Positions 14,071 through 25,725 of a stretch of 64,000 bases of DNA are shown one piece after another (within the stretch, counting starts at the first letter, position 1; every line of letters starts with the position of its first letter). Made by a program: the position numbers and the translations under genes. Source of the DNA: Chiloscyllium plagiosum (lineage: Eukaryota); contig NC_057719.1 of NCBI RefSeq assembly GCF_004010195.1, positions 76,255,939 to 76,319,938 on the forward strand. The letters run 5' to 3'. The notes beneath the pieces were generated by a model, which saw only the letters and a list, made by a program, of their open reading frames with translations, did not search any database and was not told the DNA's origin.

Positions 14071-15292
14071 GTGAGAGCAGACATTGCCTTCTTTGGAGAA
14101 TTCCCACCATGTTAAATTCCAGTCAGGCACTGAAGTGTTCAGCAGTGGGTCTTCCCTGAGGTATCCCGAGGATGAAACTTCCACCTGCCCTGAGATCTGC
14201 CAATCATTACATTGCCAACGCTTTAAGCGCTGTTTCGAAAGCATGATTTTCCTCCAATGCAGGGTTGCACAAGAACAACTACAGTGGACAAATTACTGTG
14301 TGTATTACTGAGCTGCTGTTTGAGGAAGGCTTCGAAAGGCTATGATTATATCCCTGAGAATTTAGAATAGGAAAATTTGATTGAAATGTGTGAGATCCTG
14401 AGGGATCCTGACAGGGTGGATGTGGAGAGGGAAACCTGGAAACAAGGGTAATTGTTTAAAAATCAGTGGTCACCTATTTTAAAAAGCGATAGTTGATCTT
14501 TTTACTTTCTCTCATGGGCTCCTATGAGGCTGTGGAATTCTCCCTAAAAAGCTGGTGGAAGCAGATTCCTTGAATATTTTTAAGACAGAGGTGGATGGAT
14601 TCTTGTTGAGCAAAGGGATGATAGGTTATCAGGTGGGCATGCAGATTTGAGTTACCACCAGATCAGCCATAACATAATTGAATGGCAGAGTAGGCTGGAG
14701 GAGCTGAATCTTGTACTCTTGTTCCTAATCTGTATTTTTATATGAATCTTTGTACAAAGGATACAAGACATTTAAAAGTGACATTCAGCTTAAAGGGTCT
14801 GGAGCATGAGACATAGCTGTAAACCAGATAAGATTGGAAATGAATTTACCAGATTATTTTAGACAAGATTTTAAAAGGGACAGAGAAATGACATGGAGTC
14901 CAAGAGGTGCAGTTGGAAACCCTGCTTCCCATGATCTGCAAGGCCACAGTGAGCTGCAGGCACCCATGCACCATTGCTGTCAATCCCCTCTCAGGATAAA
15001 CGGGCAGGATTAGTGTCATGAAAGGCATTCGTGGGTATTAAACCAGTGCCAAATCCAAATATCTGATGGTTGACATTAAGGTTGATCAACCTGCCTTATG
15101 ATGGCCCCGTGTAACATGAGATAAATCAAAAGAAGAGGTGAAGAAATCAGAGAAAGGATGAGTTGTTGACAACATTGCATTATTGTATCACTTGTAAGAA
15201 GAATTATCAGAAAGGCCATACAAAGGGTTTGGGTATGATTAAGGAGTGAAAGGGGACACAAGACTCTGGGGGAAGTTGTTTACAGACCTCGT

Positions 15293-17594
15293 GACAGCGA
15301 TGATTAAATAGCACAGTGTATAAACATGGAGATCTGAGGAGCTTGTTACAGAATACAAGGAGCTAATTAGGGAATAGCATAATGCTCACATAAATGTGAA
15401 GAAACTGAACAAGATTCAAGAAGGCCTCAATTTATTTAACCTGGAAATTTTGACAAATCCAGTCAAACAGTCTGGCAAAAGAAGCAAGGTCAGGACAAAT
15501 TAAAGGGTTAAAAGCCTGGAAATTAGTAATCAAAACACTAATGTGGGTGGAAGATTGACAAAGCGCTCAGCCAGAGAACCTTATTCCGAAGGTTATGAAA
15601 GGTGGTAAAATATCCATTTTTCCTGAGAAGAAGTGAGGAAATGTCACCTCTGCTGCAGAAGGTAGTGGAGCCCAGGACAAAAAAGAAAACATTGAAAAAT
15701 GGTTGAAAATCCCAGTAAGTGGTACAGAGGTACAGTATGCAAAGAAATTGGAAGCTTCAGGGTAGTGCATCACTTTTGGTGTGTTCTTAGCATGTGGGCA
15801 TCACTGGTGAAGCCAGCATTTATTCACTGTTGCAAATGGCCCAGAGTGCAGTTAAATGTGAACCAGGTTGCTGTGGGTCTGGAGTCACATGTAGGCCACA
15901 CCAGATAAGGATGGCAGTTTCCTTCCCTAAAGGGCATTAGTGAACCAGATGGGCTTTTTCCTGACAATTGATGATCGTTTCGTGGTCACCTTTTGACTTT
16001 TACTTTCCTTTATCTTTAGCTGAAGTTCAACTACCTACCATGGCAGGATTTGAACCTGGGTCCCCATAACATTTTCAGACTATGGGTTTTACTGTAATAC
16101 CGATGGGCATAGCCTCCCTAGGGTATGCAGTAATAACATTTAAAGCTTTATTGAAGAATTTAGTGCAGCATTGCAGTAATATTGAGTTTAAATTATCATC
16201 AAGGAAAATACTGTACAGAATCTAGAAAGCTTTACAGTATTTGAATGCAAAACAGCATTAATGAATATAGAAACACAAGCTTAAAAAAGATTACCACCAG
16301 TATTGATTAATAGGCACATTGGGAAGGAAGGAAAGCAGAAATAAGTCATGGTTAATGCTGCTAAACAACAGGCAATGCCCAGCCATAACAAAACAAAAAA
16401 CTACATCTGTAGAACTATGGGTTACTTCAAGAAAATGTGCAGAAGTAGGATACGGTTTCAGAACTGAAACAGTCACATGCTTACACATGCAAAGATGTTA
16501 GTGCAGTAGAATGCCCACTTTTAGATAAATTAACCCAGGCACTCTAAAGGAAATTGGTGACACAAATGATCCAAGTTTGACAGAACACATATCTGTCAAT
16601 GGACATATTATAATGTTTAAGCTTGATGCAGTTTTCTGTGTCATTATCTTTTCAAATTTAATACCATAGCTGAACACCTAGTTACAGCCTACAGATGTGA
16701 AGCTACATGAGCAGCAAGAATAACTCCCAAAACTAAAGATATGCTACAAGTTTATATCAGGAAAGTTCCCTCTTGATCAAAAGGTTCTACACATGATTCA
16801 AGAAGTTGAAAATCAGCAACAATACAAAAGTAAACGTTTCTTTGAGACAGGATACACTAAATTATTCACAGCATGATGTAAGCTCCATATTAAAGCAGCA
16901 TCATGTTAATGAATGATGCTAAGCCATTATATCCCTACACATCCAGGAGGATTCTGCATTCCTTATTGAATCAAGTTCAGAAACAACTTGACAAATTGAC
17001 TGGAATAAGTGCTATTTCCCTGGTGACCAGCTGAGTAAGCTGATTCACAGTTACCAACATCAATGAACCCACCCCTATATTGAATGGGCCAAAGGGCTAA
17101 AGGTTAATGATATTGGACATCTGCATGGAAAATAGATTCTGGATCAGTGGTGCTGGAAGAGCACAGCAATTCAGGCAGCATCTGACGAGCAGCAAAATCG
17201 ACATTTCGGGCAAAAGCCCTTCATCACGGCTTCCTGATGAAGGTCTTTTACCTGAAACGTTGATTTTGCTGCTCGTCGGATGCTGCCTGAATTGCTGTGC
17301 TCTTCCAGCACCACTGATCCAGAATCTGGTTTCCAGCATCTGCAGTCATTGTTTTTACCTCATGGAAAATAGATTGCCTAGGGTGGGCTAAAGGGCTAAA
17401 ATTGTTGATGGTATTCAACAAGTTGCATGACCTTGAATGGGTCCTGTGAATGTTTCTTTATAGGCTGAAGATGGCAGCTGCAGTGTGTTTCTCTGTAGCT
17501 GGTGTTTTTTGTACTAGCCAGCAGTTTTGTCTTCTGTATCTATTTGTCAAGCTGTTTAACAGAGAGAGAGAGTTTCATTCGGAGAGTTCACCTT
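15293..17594 (+). repeat. Left arm of a large inverted repeat (includes a 237-bp insertion absent from the right arm)
   Basis: Reverse complement of 19487-21549. Mirror ORF pairs in the track (15567/21275, 16291/20551) share the coordinate sum 36842. Confidence 0.97.
17124..17375 (+). mobile_element. Hairpin mini-Penelope insertion with 15-bp TSD CATGGAAAATAGATT
   Basis: TSD at 17124-17138 and 17361-17375. Inverted repeat 17134-17327 and 33-nt tail 17328-17360. The empty site is visible in the right arm at ~19705-19719. Confidence 0.92.
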
Positions 17595-17754
17595 GGACCA
17601 GGATTGTGAATGGAGCCAGGAATGTTTCTAAGTGTCCTGACCAGCCATTGATCGTGGGTCCCCAATGGCCAGAGGAATGTGCGGTTCGTTGCTTTTTCTC
17701 CTTTCTTTCCCATTTATTACTCTGATTTGTATCATTATTAATGCTTAATATACA

Positions 17755-17958
17755 AGCACATTTAATAAGCATCCACATTTAATAAACAAACATGTTTAAT
17801 AAGAACCCATATTTAATAATCAAACACATTTAATAAACATCCATGTTTAATAAACTTCCACACTTAATAAACATCCACATTTAATAGACAAACACTTTTA
17901 ATAAATTTCCACATTTAATAAACATCCACATTTAATAAGCAAACACATTTAACAAACA
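17755..17958. repeat. AT-rich ~19-20-bp minisatellite (CACATTTAATAAACA[T/A][C/A]..), ~10 degenerate units
   Basis: Repeated CATTTAATAA core directly visible. Confidence 0.9.
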
Positions 17959-17960
17959 AA

Positions 17961-19493
17961 GAGAAAGTGAGAACTGCAGATGCTGAAGATCAGAGTAGAG
18001 AGTGTGGTGCTGGAAAAACACAACAGGTCAGGCAGTATCCGAGGAGCAGGAGTATCAACGTTTTGGGTATAAGCCCTTCATCAGGAATGAGGCTTGTGGG
18101 TTGGAGCTGACAGATAAATGGGAGAGGATGGGGTTTGGGGGAAGGTAGCTGAGAAAGCAATAGGTGGATGAAGGTGAGGGAGAAGGTGATAGGACAGAGC
18201 GGGGAGTGATGGACAGTTCTGGAGGGTGTTGCTGAGTTGGAAGCTTGGGACTGGGATAATGTGGGGGGAGGGGAAATGAGGAAGCTGTTGAAATCCACAT
18301 TTATCCCGTGTGGTTGCAGGGTTTCAAAGTGGAATGTGAGACGTTCCTCCTCCAGGTGTTGGGTGGTAATGGTTTGGCAGTGGAGGAGGCCCAGGACCTG
18401 AATTTCCTTGACGGAGTGGGAAGGGGAGTTGAAGTGTTCAGCCATGGGGAGGTAGGGTTGGTGGGTGCGGGTGTCCCAGAGATGTTCTTTGAAACAATCC
18501 GCAAGAAGGCATCCTGTCACCCCAATGTAGAGGAGACCACATCGGGTGCAACGGATGAGTAGATGACATTGGTAGAGGTACAGATAAATTTCTGATAGAT
18601 GTGGAAGGATCCCTTGGGGCCTTGGAAGGAGGTGAGGGGAGTGGCGTGGGCACAGGTTTTGCATTTCCTGCAGTGCCAGGGAAAGGTGCCAGGACTGGGG
18701 TGAGGGCTGGTGGGGGCTGTGGACCTGATGAGGGAGTCACGGAGGAATGGTCTTTTCGGAATGCTGATAGGGGTAGGGAGGGAAATATGTCTCTGGTGGT
18801 GGGGTCAGTTTGGAGGTGGCAGAAGTGTTGGAGGATGATGCGGAGGCTTGTGGGATGGAAGGTGAGGACTGGGGTCTTCTGTCCTTGTTGCATTGGGAAG
18901 GGTGGGGTTCAAGGGCGGAGATGTGTGAAGTGGAGGAGTTGTGCTGGAGAGCATCGTCAACCACTTGGGAAAGGAAGTTGCGATCGTGGAAGAAGAAGGC
19001 CATCTGAGACTTTCTGAGGTGGAATTGGTCCTCCTGGGAACAGATGCAGCAGAGGTGGAGGAATTGGGAATAAGGGATAACGTTTTTACAGGAGGTAGGG
19101 TGGGAGGAGGTGTAGCCTAGGTGGCTGTGGGAGTCAGTGGGCTTGTAGTATATGTCTGTGGTTAGTTGTTCACTGGAGATGGGTGATGGAGAGGTCCAGG
19201 AAGGGGAGGGAGTTGTCAGAAATGGTCCAGGTGAATTTGAGGTTGGGGTAGAAGGTGCTGGTAAACTTGATGAACCGTTCAACCTCCTCATGGGAGCACG
19301 AGGCAACACCAATACAGTCTTCGATGTAACGGAGGAACAAATGAGGCATGGTGCCGGTGTAACTGCGGAAGATGGACTGTTCCACATACCTGACAAAGAG
19401 GCAGGCATAGCTAGGGCCTCTTGTGGGTGCCCATGGTGACTTTGGTTTGGAGGAATTGCGAGGATTGGAAGGCGAAGTTCTCCTTTAAGGTGA
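17961..19493 (-). mobile_element. 5'-truncated Penelope-like retroelement (RT C-terminal part + GIY-YIG endonuclease), frameshifted
   Basis: ORF pieces show the RT motifs FLRYIED and LPFLDLSI, YYKPTDSH, and the GIY-YIG region IRCTRCGLLYIGVTG..FKEH..MAEHFNSPSH. Confidence 0.92.
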
Positions 19494-21549
19494 ACTCTCG
19501 GAATGAAACTCTCTCTCTCTTAAACAGCTTGACAAATAGATACAGAAAATAAAACTGCTGGCTAGTACAAAAAACACCAGCTACAGAGAAACACACTGCA
19601 GTTGCCATCTTCAGTCTGTAAAGAAACATTCACAGGACCCATTCAAGGTCATGCAACTTGTTGAATACCATCAACAATTTTAGCCCTTTAGCCCACCCTC
19701 GGCAATCTATTTTCCATGCAGATGACCAATATCATTAACCTTTAGCCCTTTGGCCCATTCAATACAGGGGTGGGTTCATTGATGTTGGTAACTGTGAATC
19801 AGCTTACTCAGCTGGTCACCAGGGAAATAGCACTTATTCTGGTCAATTTGTCAAGTTGTTTCTGAACTTGATTCAATAAGGAATGCAGAATCTTCCTGGA
19901 TGTGTAGGGATATAATGGCTTAGCATCATTCATTAACATGATGCTGCTTTAATATGGAGCTTACATCATGCTGTGAATAATTTAGTGTATCCTGTCTCAA
20001 AGAAACGTTTACTTTTGTATTGTTGCTGATTTTCAACTTCTTGAATCATGTGTAGAACCTTTTGATCAAGAGGGAACTTTCCTGATATAAACTTGTAGCA
20101 TATCTTTAGTTTTGGGAGTTATTCTTGCTGCTCATGTAGCTTCACATCTGTAGGCTGTAACTAGGTGTTCAGCTATGGTATTAAATTTGAAAAGATAATG
20201 ACACAGAAAACTGCATCAAGCTTAAACATTATAATATGTCCATTGACAGATATGTGTTCTGTCAAACTTGGATCATTTGTGTCACCAATTTCCTTTAGAG
20301 TGCCTGGGTTAATTTATCTAAAAGTGGGCATTCTACTGCACTAACATCTTTGCATGTGTAAGCATGTGACTGTTTCAGTTCTGAAACCGTATCCTACTTC
20401 TGCACATTTTCTTGAAGTAACCCATAGTTCTACAGATGTAGTTTTTTGTTTTGTTATGGCTGGGCATTGCCTGTTGTTTAGCAGCATTAACCATGACTTA
20501 TTTCTGCTTTCCTTCCTTCCCAATGTGCCTATTAATCAATACTGGTGGTAATCTTTTTTAAGCTTGTGTTTCTATATTCATTAATGCTGTTTTGCATTCA
20601 AATACTGTAAAGCTTTCTAGATTCTGTACAGTATTTTCCTTGATGATAATTTAAACTCAATATTACTGCAATGCTGCACTAAATTCTTCAATAAAGCTTT
20701 AAATGTTATTACTGCATACCCTAGGGAGGCTATGCCCATCGGTATTACAGTAAAACCCATAGTCTGAAAATGTTATGGGGACCCAGGTTCAAATCCTGCC
20801 ATGGTAGGTAGTTGAACTTCAGCTAAAGATAAAGGAAAGTAAAAGTCAAAAGGTGACCACGAAACGATCATCAATTGTCAGGAAAAAGCCCATCTGGTTC
20901 ACTAATGCCCTTTAGGGAAGGAAACTGCCATCCTTATCTGGTGTGGCCTACATGTGACTCCAGACCCACAGCAACCTGGTTCACATTTAACTGCACTCTG
21001 GGCCATTTGCAACAGTGAATAAATGCTGGCTTCACCAGTGATGCCCACATGCTAAGAACACACCAAAAGTGATGCACTACCCTGAAGCTTCCAATTTCTT
21101 TGCATACTGTACCTCTGTACCACTTACTGGGATTTTCAACCATTTTTCAATGTTTTCTTTTTTGTCCTGGGCTCCACTACCTTCTGCAGCAGAGGTGACA
21201 TTTCCTCACTTCTTCTCAGGAAAAATGGATATTTTACCACCTTTCATAACCTTCGGAATAAGGTTCTCTGGCTGAGCGCTTTGTCAATCTTCCACCCACA
21301 TTAGTGTTTTGATTACTAATTTCCAGGCTTTTAACCCTTTAATTTGTCCTGACCTTGCTTCTTTTGCCAGACTGTTTGACTGGATTTGTCAAAATTTCCA
21401 GGTTAAATAAATTGAGGCCTTCTTGAATCTTGTTCAGTTTCTTCACATTTATGTGAGCATTATGCTATTCCCTAATTACCTCCTTGTATTCTGTAACAAG
21501 CTCCTCAGATCTCCATGTTTATACACTATGCTATTTAATTATCGCTGTC
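19487..21549 (-). repeat. Right arm of the large inverted repeat (2063 bp)
   Basis: Reverse complement of 15293-17594 minus the insertion. Confidence 0.97.
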
Positions 21550-21559
21550 CTGGCAGGTA

Positions 21560-22560
21560 CTATTATATGAGAAACTTTGGCTATTAATGCACTAATAATG
21601 TTCCAACAGACTGCCATCTGGAATTACCTCAGCCCAAAGACGCTACAGTGGATGGTGACCAATATATGTCAGGGCTTACAACCTGCCATATACCACATGG
21701 ATAACATAGTGATACATGGTGAGATGGTCAAGGAACATGACCAAAAGGCCCATGTAGTGTTAAAATGTCTACAGACCAAAGGGCTTACTCTCAGCAAGAA
21801 TTGCAAATATTCCAAGGAACCTGTTTGCTTGTCAACACATATTGTTGACAAAGATGGGATAAGACCATACCCACAGAAAAAAGCATTTTCCATCTCCAAA
21901 ATTGATCCACGATCTACTGAGATTTCTAGGCATGGTGAACAGTTCTGGTGACATTTTTTGGCTTAGTTGGCAAAGACTAAATCTTTGAGATAGTCACATA
22001 AGAAAACACAAGGATGGCGATAGGACTCAAGTCAAGAGGATACTTTCCAAAGGATCTCAGACATGCTGATGTCCTAGTCCACTACACCCTTTCCAACTAT
22101 CATTGCATGGATACTTTAGTACAGGAATAGGAGCAATGAACTTTCACGAACAAGCAGATGGATGCTGGTACTTGATCTATTATAGCTCCAGGGCATTGTC
22201 AGACATGGAAACATACTACATAGCTTTACAGGAAGAGGCTGTCTCGGTTAAATGGGCATGCAAGAGACTTTCAGACAACATCCTTGGCCTGAAGGTGCTC
22301 AGAGACAAAATAAAAGCCACTGGTCTCCATATTAGATGAGAAAGAGGGTTGCCACAGATACAGAGATTCTAACTCAGCATTATTTTATTTACCTATGAGA
22401 CCAGATATGTTCAGGGAAAGCTACAATTGATAGCAAGCTATATCTCCAGAGAGGGACAGCTGGCAATCTTACAAAGGATTATGAGGAATTTGCTAATGAA
22501 GTTAATTCATGTACCAGGCTCATTGTGTTAGAGGGGCCAGAAACCCAAAATAGATTAAAT
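21560..22560 (+). mobile_element. Degenerate Gypsy-type LTR retrotransposon pol (RT/RNase H) remnant
   Basis: YHMDNIVIHG..EHDQ..VLKCLQTKGLTL..KC (YxDD region) and GIGA..QADG.W..IYYSSRAL..E..Y..EEA..V.WAC (RNase H). Confidence 0.8.
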
Positions 22561-23039
22561 CAAATATAACTGGTGTTGTGTATTTATGTTAAGCATGTTG
22601 GACTGTCACTTTAATGAACCATGCTAATGTCTTCAGCCATTTTGGAGTGTCACAGTTCAGTCTAGCTTGCTGCCTTGTAAAGTGAACATCTTCATAAGAA
22701 ACTTCCTTTGCTTGTTTCAAACGTCACAGCCTGCTAGTCCTTCTTGAATGCAACAAAGGGAATAAAATAAAGAGGGAGAATGTGCTAATGAGGATCTAAA
22801 ATTTGAATGTAGGCAACAAAAATATGTAGATTTTTATTATAACAAAATGGTTTCTCGATTTAAAATGGCCTGTGGACCATACTGCTGATTTGCAGAATTA
22901 AGTTGCAGTTCAAAGAAAAGAGGACAATAGAGTTTTCAAAAGCTGAATACTGACACATTAATTGACCATTTGAACGAACTTTGAACCAGTACACGGCATG
23001 ACAATTTACGTAAATAAGATATCTTTTAGCATAGAACAC

Positions 23040-23422
23040 CATTGGATTAGCCTGTCTTCAATCATGTCACCTTGTTACGGTTGATTGGACCTTTCTTGTA
23101 ATTAAGAACCCTTTCCCAGGAAATATCATTGGATTAACTTGCTGTTAATCATGTCACCTTATTATATGTGATTGGTCTTTCTTGTAATTAAGGCTATACT
23201 ATTTCTTAAAAAACATATAAATAATGTGTAATTTTCAACTGTAATTGTGCAACTTCACCACGGAACACAGAAGCTTCAGTCTCTGTGTTGCTGGATAAAA
23301 TTGCGTCAAGGTACCTTAATTCAATAAACTAATGACCCTTACTTTTAGAATAGACCGCATTTGTCAATTCTTTTGACTGATCTCGAACCAAGAGACCCCT
23401 CTTGAGGGGTCGTAGATCTTCA
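23040..23422 (+). promoter_or_regulatory. LTR-like cassette: duplicated ~66-bp CCAAT-bearing unit, TATA, AATAAA, terminal hairpin
   Basis: Direct repeats at 23040-23106 and 23127-23192, each with two ATTGG. TATAAA 23216, AATAAA 23323, and GACCCCTC-TT-GAGGGGTC 23394-23411. No TSD was identified. Confidence 0.45.
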
Positions 23423-25427
23423 CTGCCATCCGTCAGGATTGGTTTACGGTTGACTTAATTAAAGACCCACTGAGTTGGCCACAATGACCTGATTTGAGCA
23501 GCAACAGCATTTCATGGTCTTTGATCAAAGGCTGGTTGTTCCAGCTTCACTGTAGGCAGATATAAAGTACCAGAGTTGTAACAGAAAGTAAAAGTTAATC
23601 CAGGCAAAAATGTAAGCAGCTTTAAGCAGTTAAAAGTGAGGAAATTATAACTCTCTGTCCTGAGATTTGAACCAATTTTGCTTCACAAATTCACTCTTTA
23701 AGATTGAAAAATTGCCAGAGTCATTTAACTACTTTAAAAACCAGGAAATGATAGGCCTGTAGATCTAATGTTGGCTATGAGGAGTTACGAAATTTTGTGT
23801 TAGGTATGGATTGACCAAGTACATTAACCAGCATGAACAGTGAGAGCCAGCATGTAGTTTGTAAAGGGCAAGTCAGGTCCACAAGGATTTGTTGGATTTT
23901 TTTGAGGAGGTCCGAATGTGATGGAAAAGGGAATTTCTGCAGATGTTACCTTTTGGGATTTTAAAATGAACTCAGTGAAATTGGGCATAAGAGGCTGCTA
24001 ATAAAAATAATAAAGACACATGTAATTGGAGCCAGCTTATTGACATCAGTGGGTGTAGAATGGGTAACAGGATGTAATTACTGGTAGCCTGTAGGGATGC
24101 ACATTCTGGCCTCAGCTTTTCCTTACAATTATAAATGACTTGGATAAAGGCTCAAACAGCAGTATGTCCAAAAAACTGCAAATGCTAGAAATCTGAAATT
24201 AAAAACAGAAAATGCTGGAAATATTCAGTAGGTCAGGAAGCTGATGTGGAGAGAAATCAAGTTAACATTTTAGATTGCTGATGACTATGATATACTTTGA
24301 GACATATATCTATGTTTGTTGACACCACTATGTGGCACAGTGAATAGCATAGATGGGAGCAGAGACGATGAGTGAAGAAAACTGTAGCAGGTGGTGTTCA
24401 ATATAGGGAAATAGGGAATCATTTACTTAAGGCAATACAGATTACTTTCAAAAATTAGCAGAAACTAGGAGCTGATTGATTTTGGGGTCCGAATACAAAA
24501 ACAATTCTCTAAAACATAGTGGACAGGTAAAACAAGGAGTTTCAAAACGTTAATGGAATTTTATCTCTGTAACGATAGCTGGAATACAAAGGGAAGTCGC
24601 ATAAAAGTTCAGGGGTAGTGTCAGTGAACACTTCCACACACAAAGGGTAGTGGAAGCCTTGAACTCCTCACAAAATCTGTTGAGGCTAGGTTAATTGGAG
24701 ATTTCAAAACGGAACTTGATAGTTTTTTTCTTAAGCAAAGTGTTATGGCATTTAGCATCAAGGTGGGTACATGAGTTATGATACAGGATTAACCACAGTC
24801 GAATTGAATAGTTGACAAGTGTGAGAGGCGAAGTGATCTCTCCTGTTTCAATATATTCTGTCAAATCCCTTAGTCATTTCAAACATCTTAAAGAGATTTC
24901 CCCTCAACCTTGTGACTTATACAAAGGTTAGACATTTTCTGTGTTGTGCTACTCAGCATCTTGTAGCAAACTTTGTCACTGACAGATTAACATTGCAGGA
25001 TACCCCAGGGAGCAACACAAAAAGATGCACTAAATCAAGTACCACTCAAAGCAACCCACACACGGCAGGATTTATTTGACTGGTTTGAAATCATGAAAAA
25101 TAGGGCAGCAACTGTCAAAGAAGTAATATACTATAAAGAATTTGCATTTGTTTATAGAAAACAATTTTCTGGCAGGATAACAGGGGGGACTCTTATCTGA
25201 AATAAGAGAAAATGACTGAACAGGTCAGGCAGCATCTGTGAGAGAAGTGGTTAATGTTTCAGGTCAATGACCCTTTATCAGATTTCCTGCATCTGCAGCA
25301 CAGATTTTGCTTTTGTAGTTAATGGCAATCATCTCACTTGTTCAGCTCATGATTTACATAGTCTCCTGGAGACGTGATGAACAGCATATTCTATCATGAT
25401 TTTTGATTTGATTTATTATTGTCACAT

Positions 25428-25725
25428 AGAATCACTACAGTGTAGAAACAGGCCATTTGGCCCTACAAGACCCATCCCCCTATCCTATTCCTGTAGCCTT
25501 TCATTTCAAATGGCTGACACATCTAACCTACATCCATGAACACGATGGGTAATTCAGCATGGCCAATTTACCCACTAATGGGAATTTGGCATGACCAATA
25601 ACTTGTACATCTTTGGATTGTGGGATGAAACTAAAGCACCTAACAGAAATTCATGCAGACACAGAGAGAATGTGTAAACTCCACACAGTTGTGAGGCGGC
25701 AGTGCTGATCACTGAGCCACCATGC
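25428..25725 (-). mobile_element. tRNA-derived SINE (HE1-like), internally deleted
   Basis: CACTGAGCCACCATGCC head on the minus strand and a SINE body. Confidence 0.8.

Noticed and set aside
15567..21275. Identical ORF pairs (60-69 aa) as duplicated genes
   Set aside because: They are chance ORFs mirrored by the inverted repeat, with no protein features.
15293..21549. Large DNA transposon with 2-kb terminal inverted repeats
   Set aside because: No TSD or transposase was found. The arms are a mosaic of old repeats and unique DNA, and a CR1-like remnant appears to cross the left outer boundary.
25250..25285. Additional hammerhead (minus strand CTGATAAAGGGTCATTGACCTGAAACATT)
   Set aside because: The core is mutated (CUGAUAA) in an old, decayed PLE-like end, so it is unlikely to be functional.
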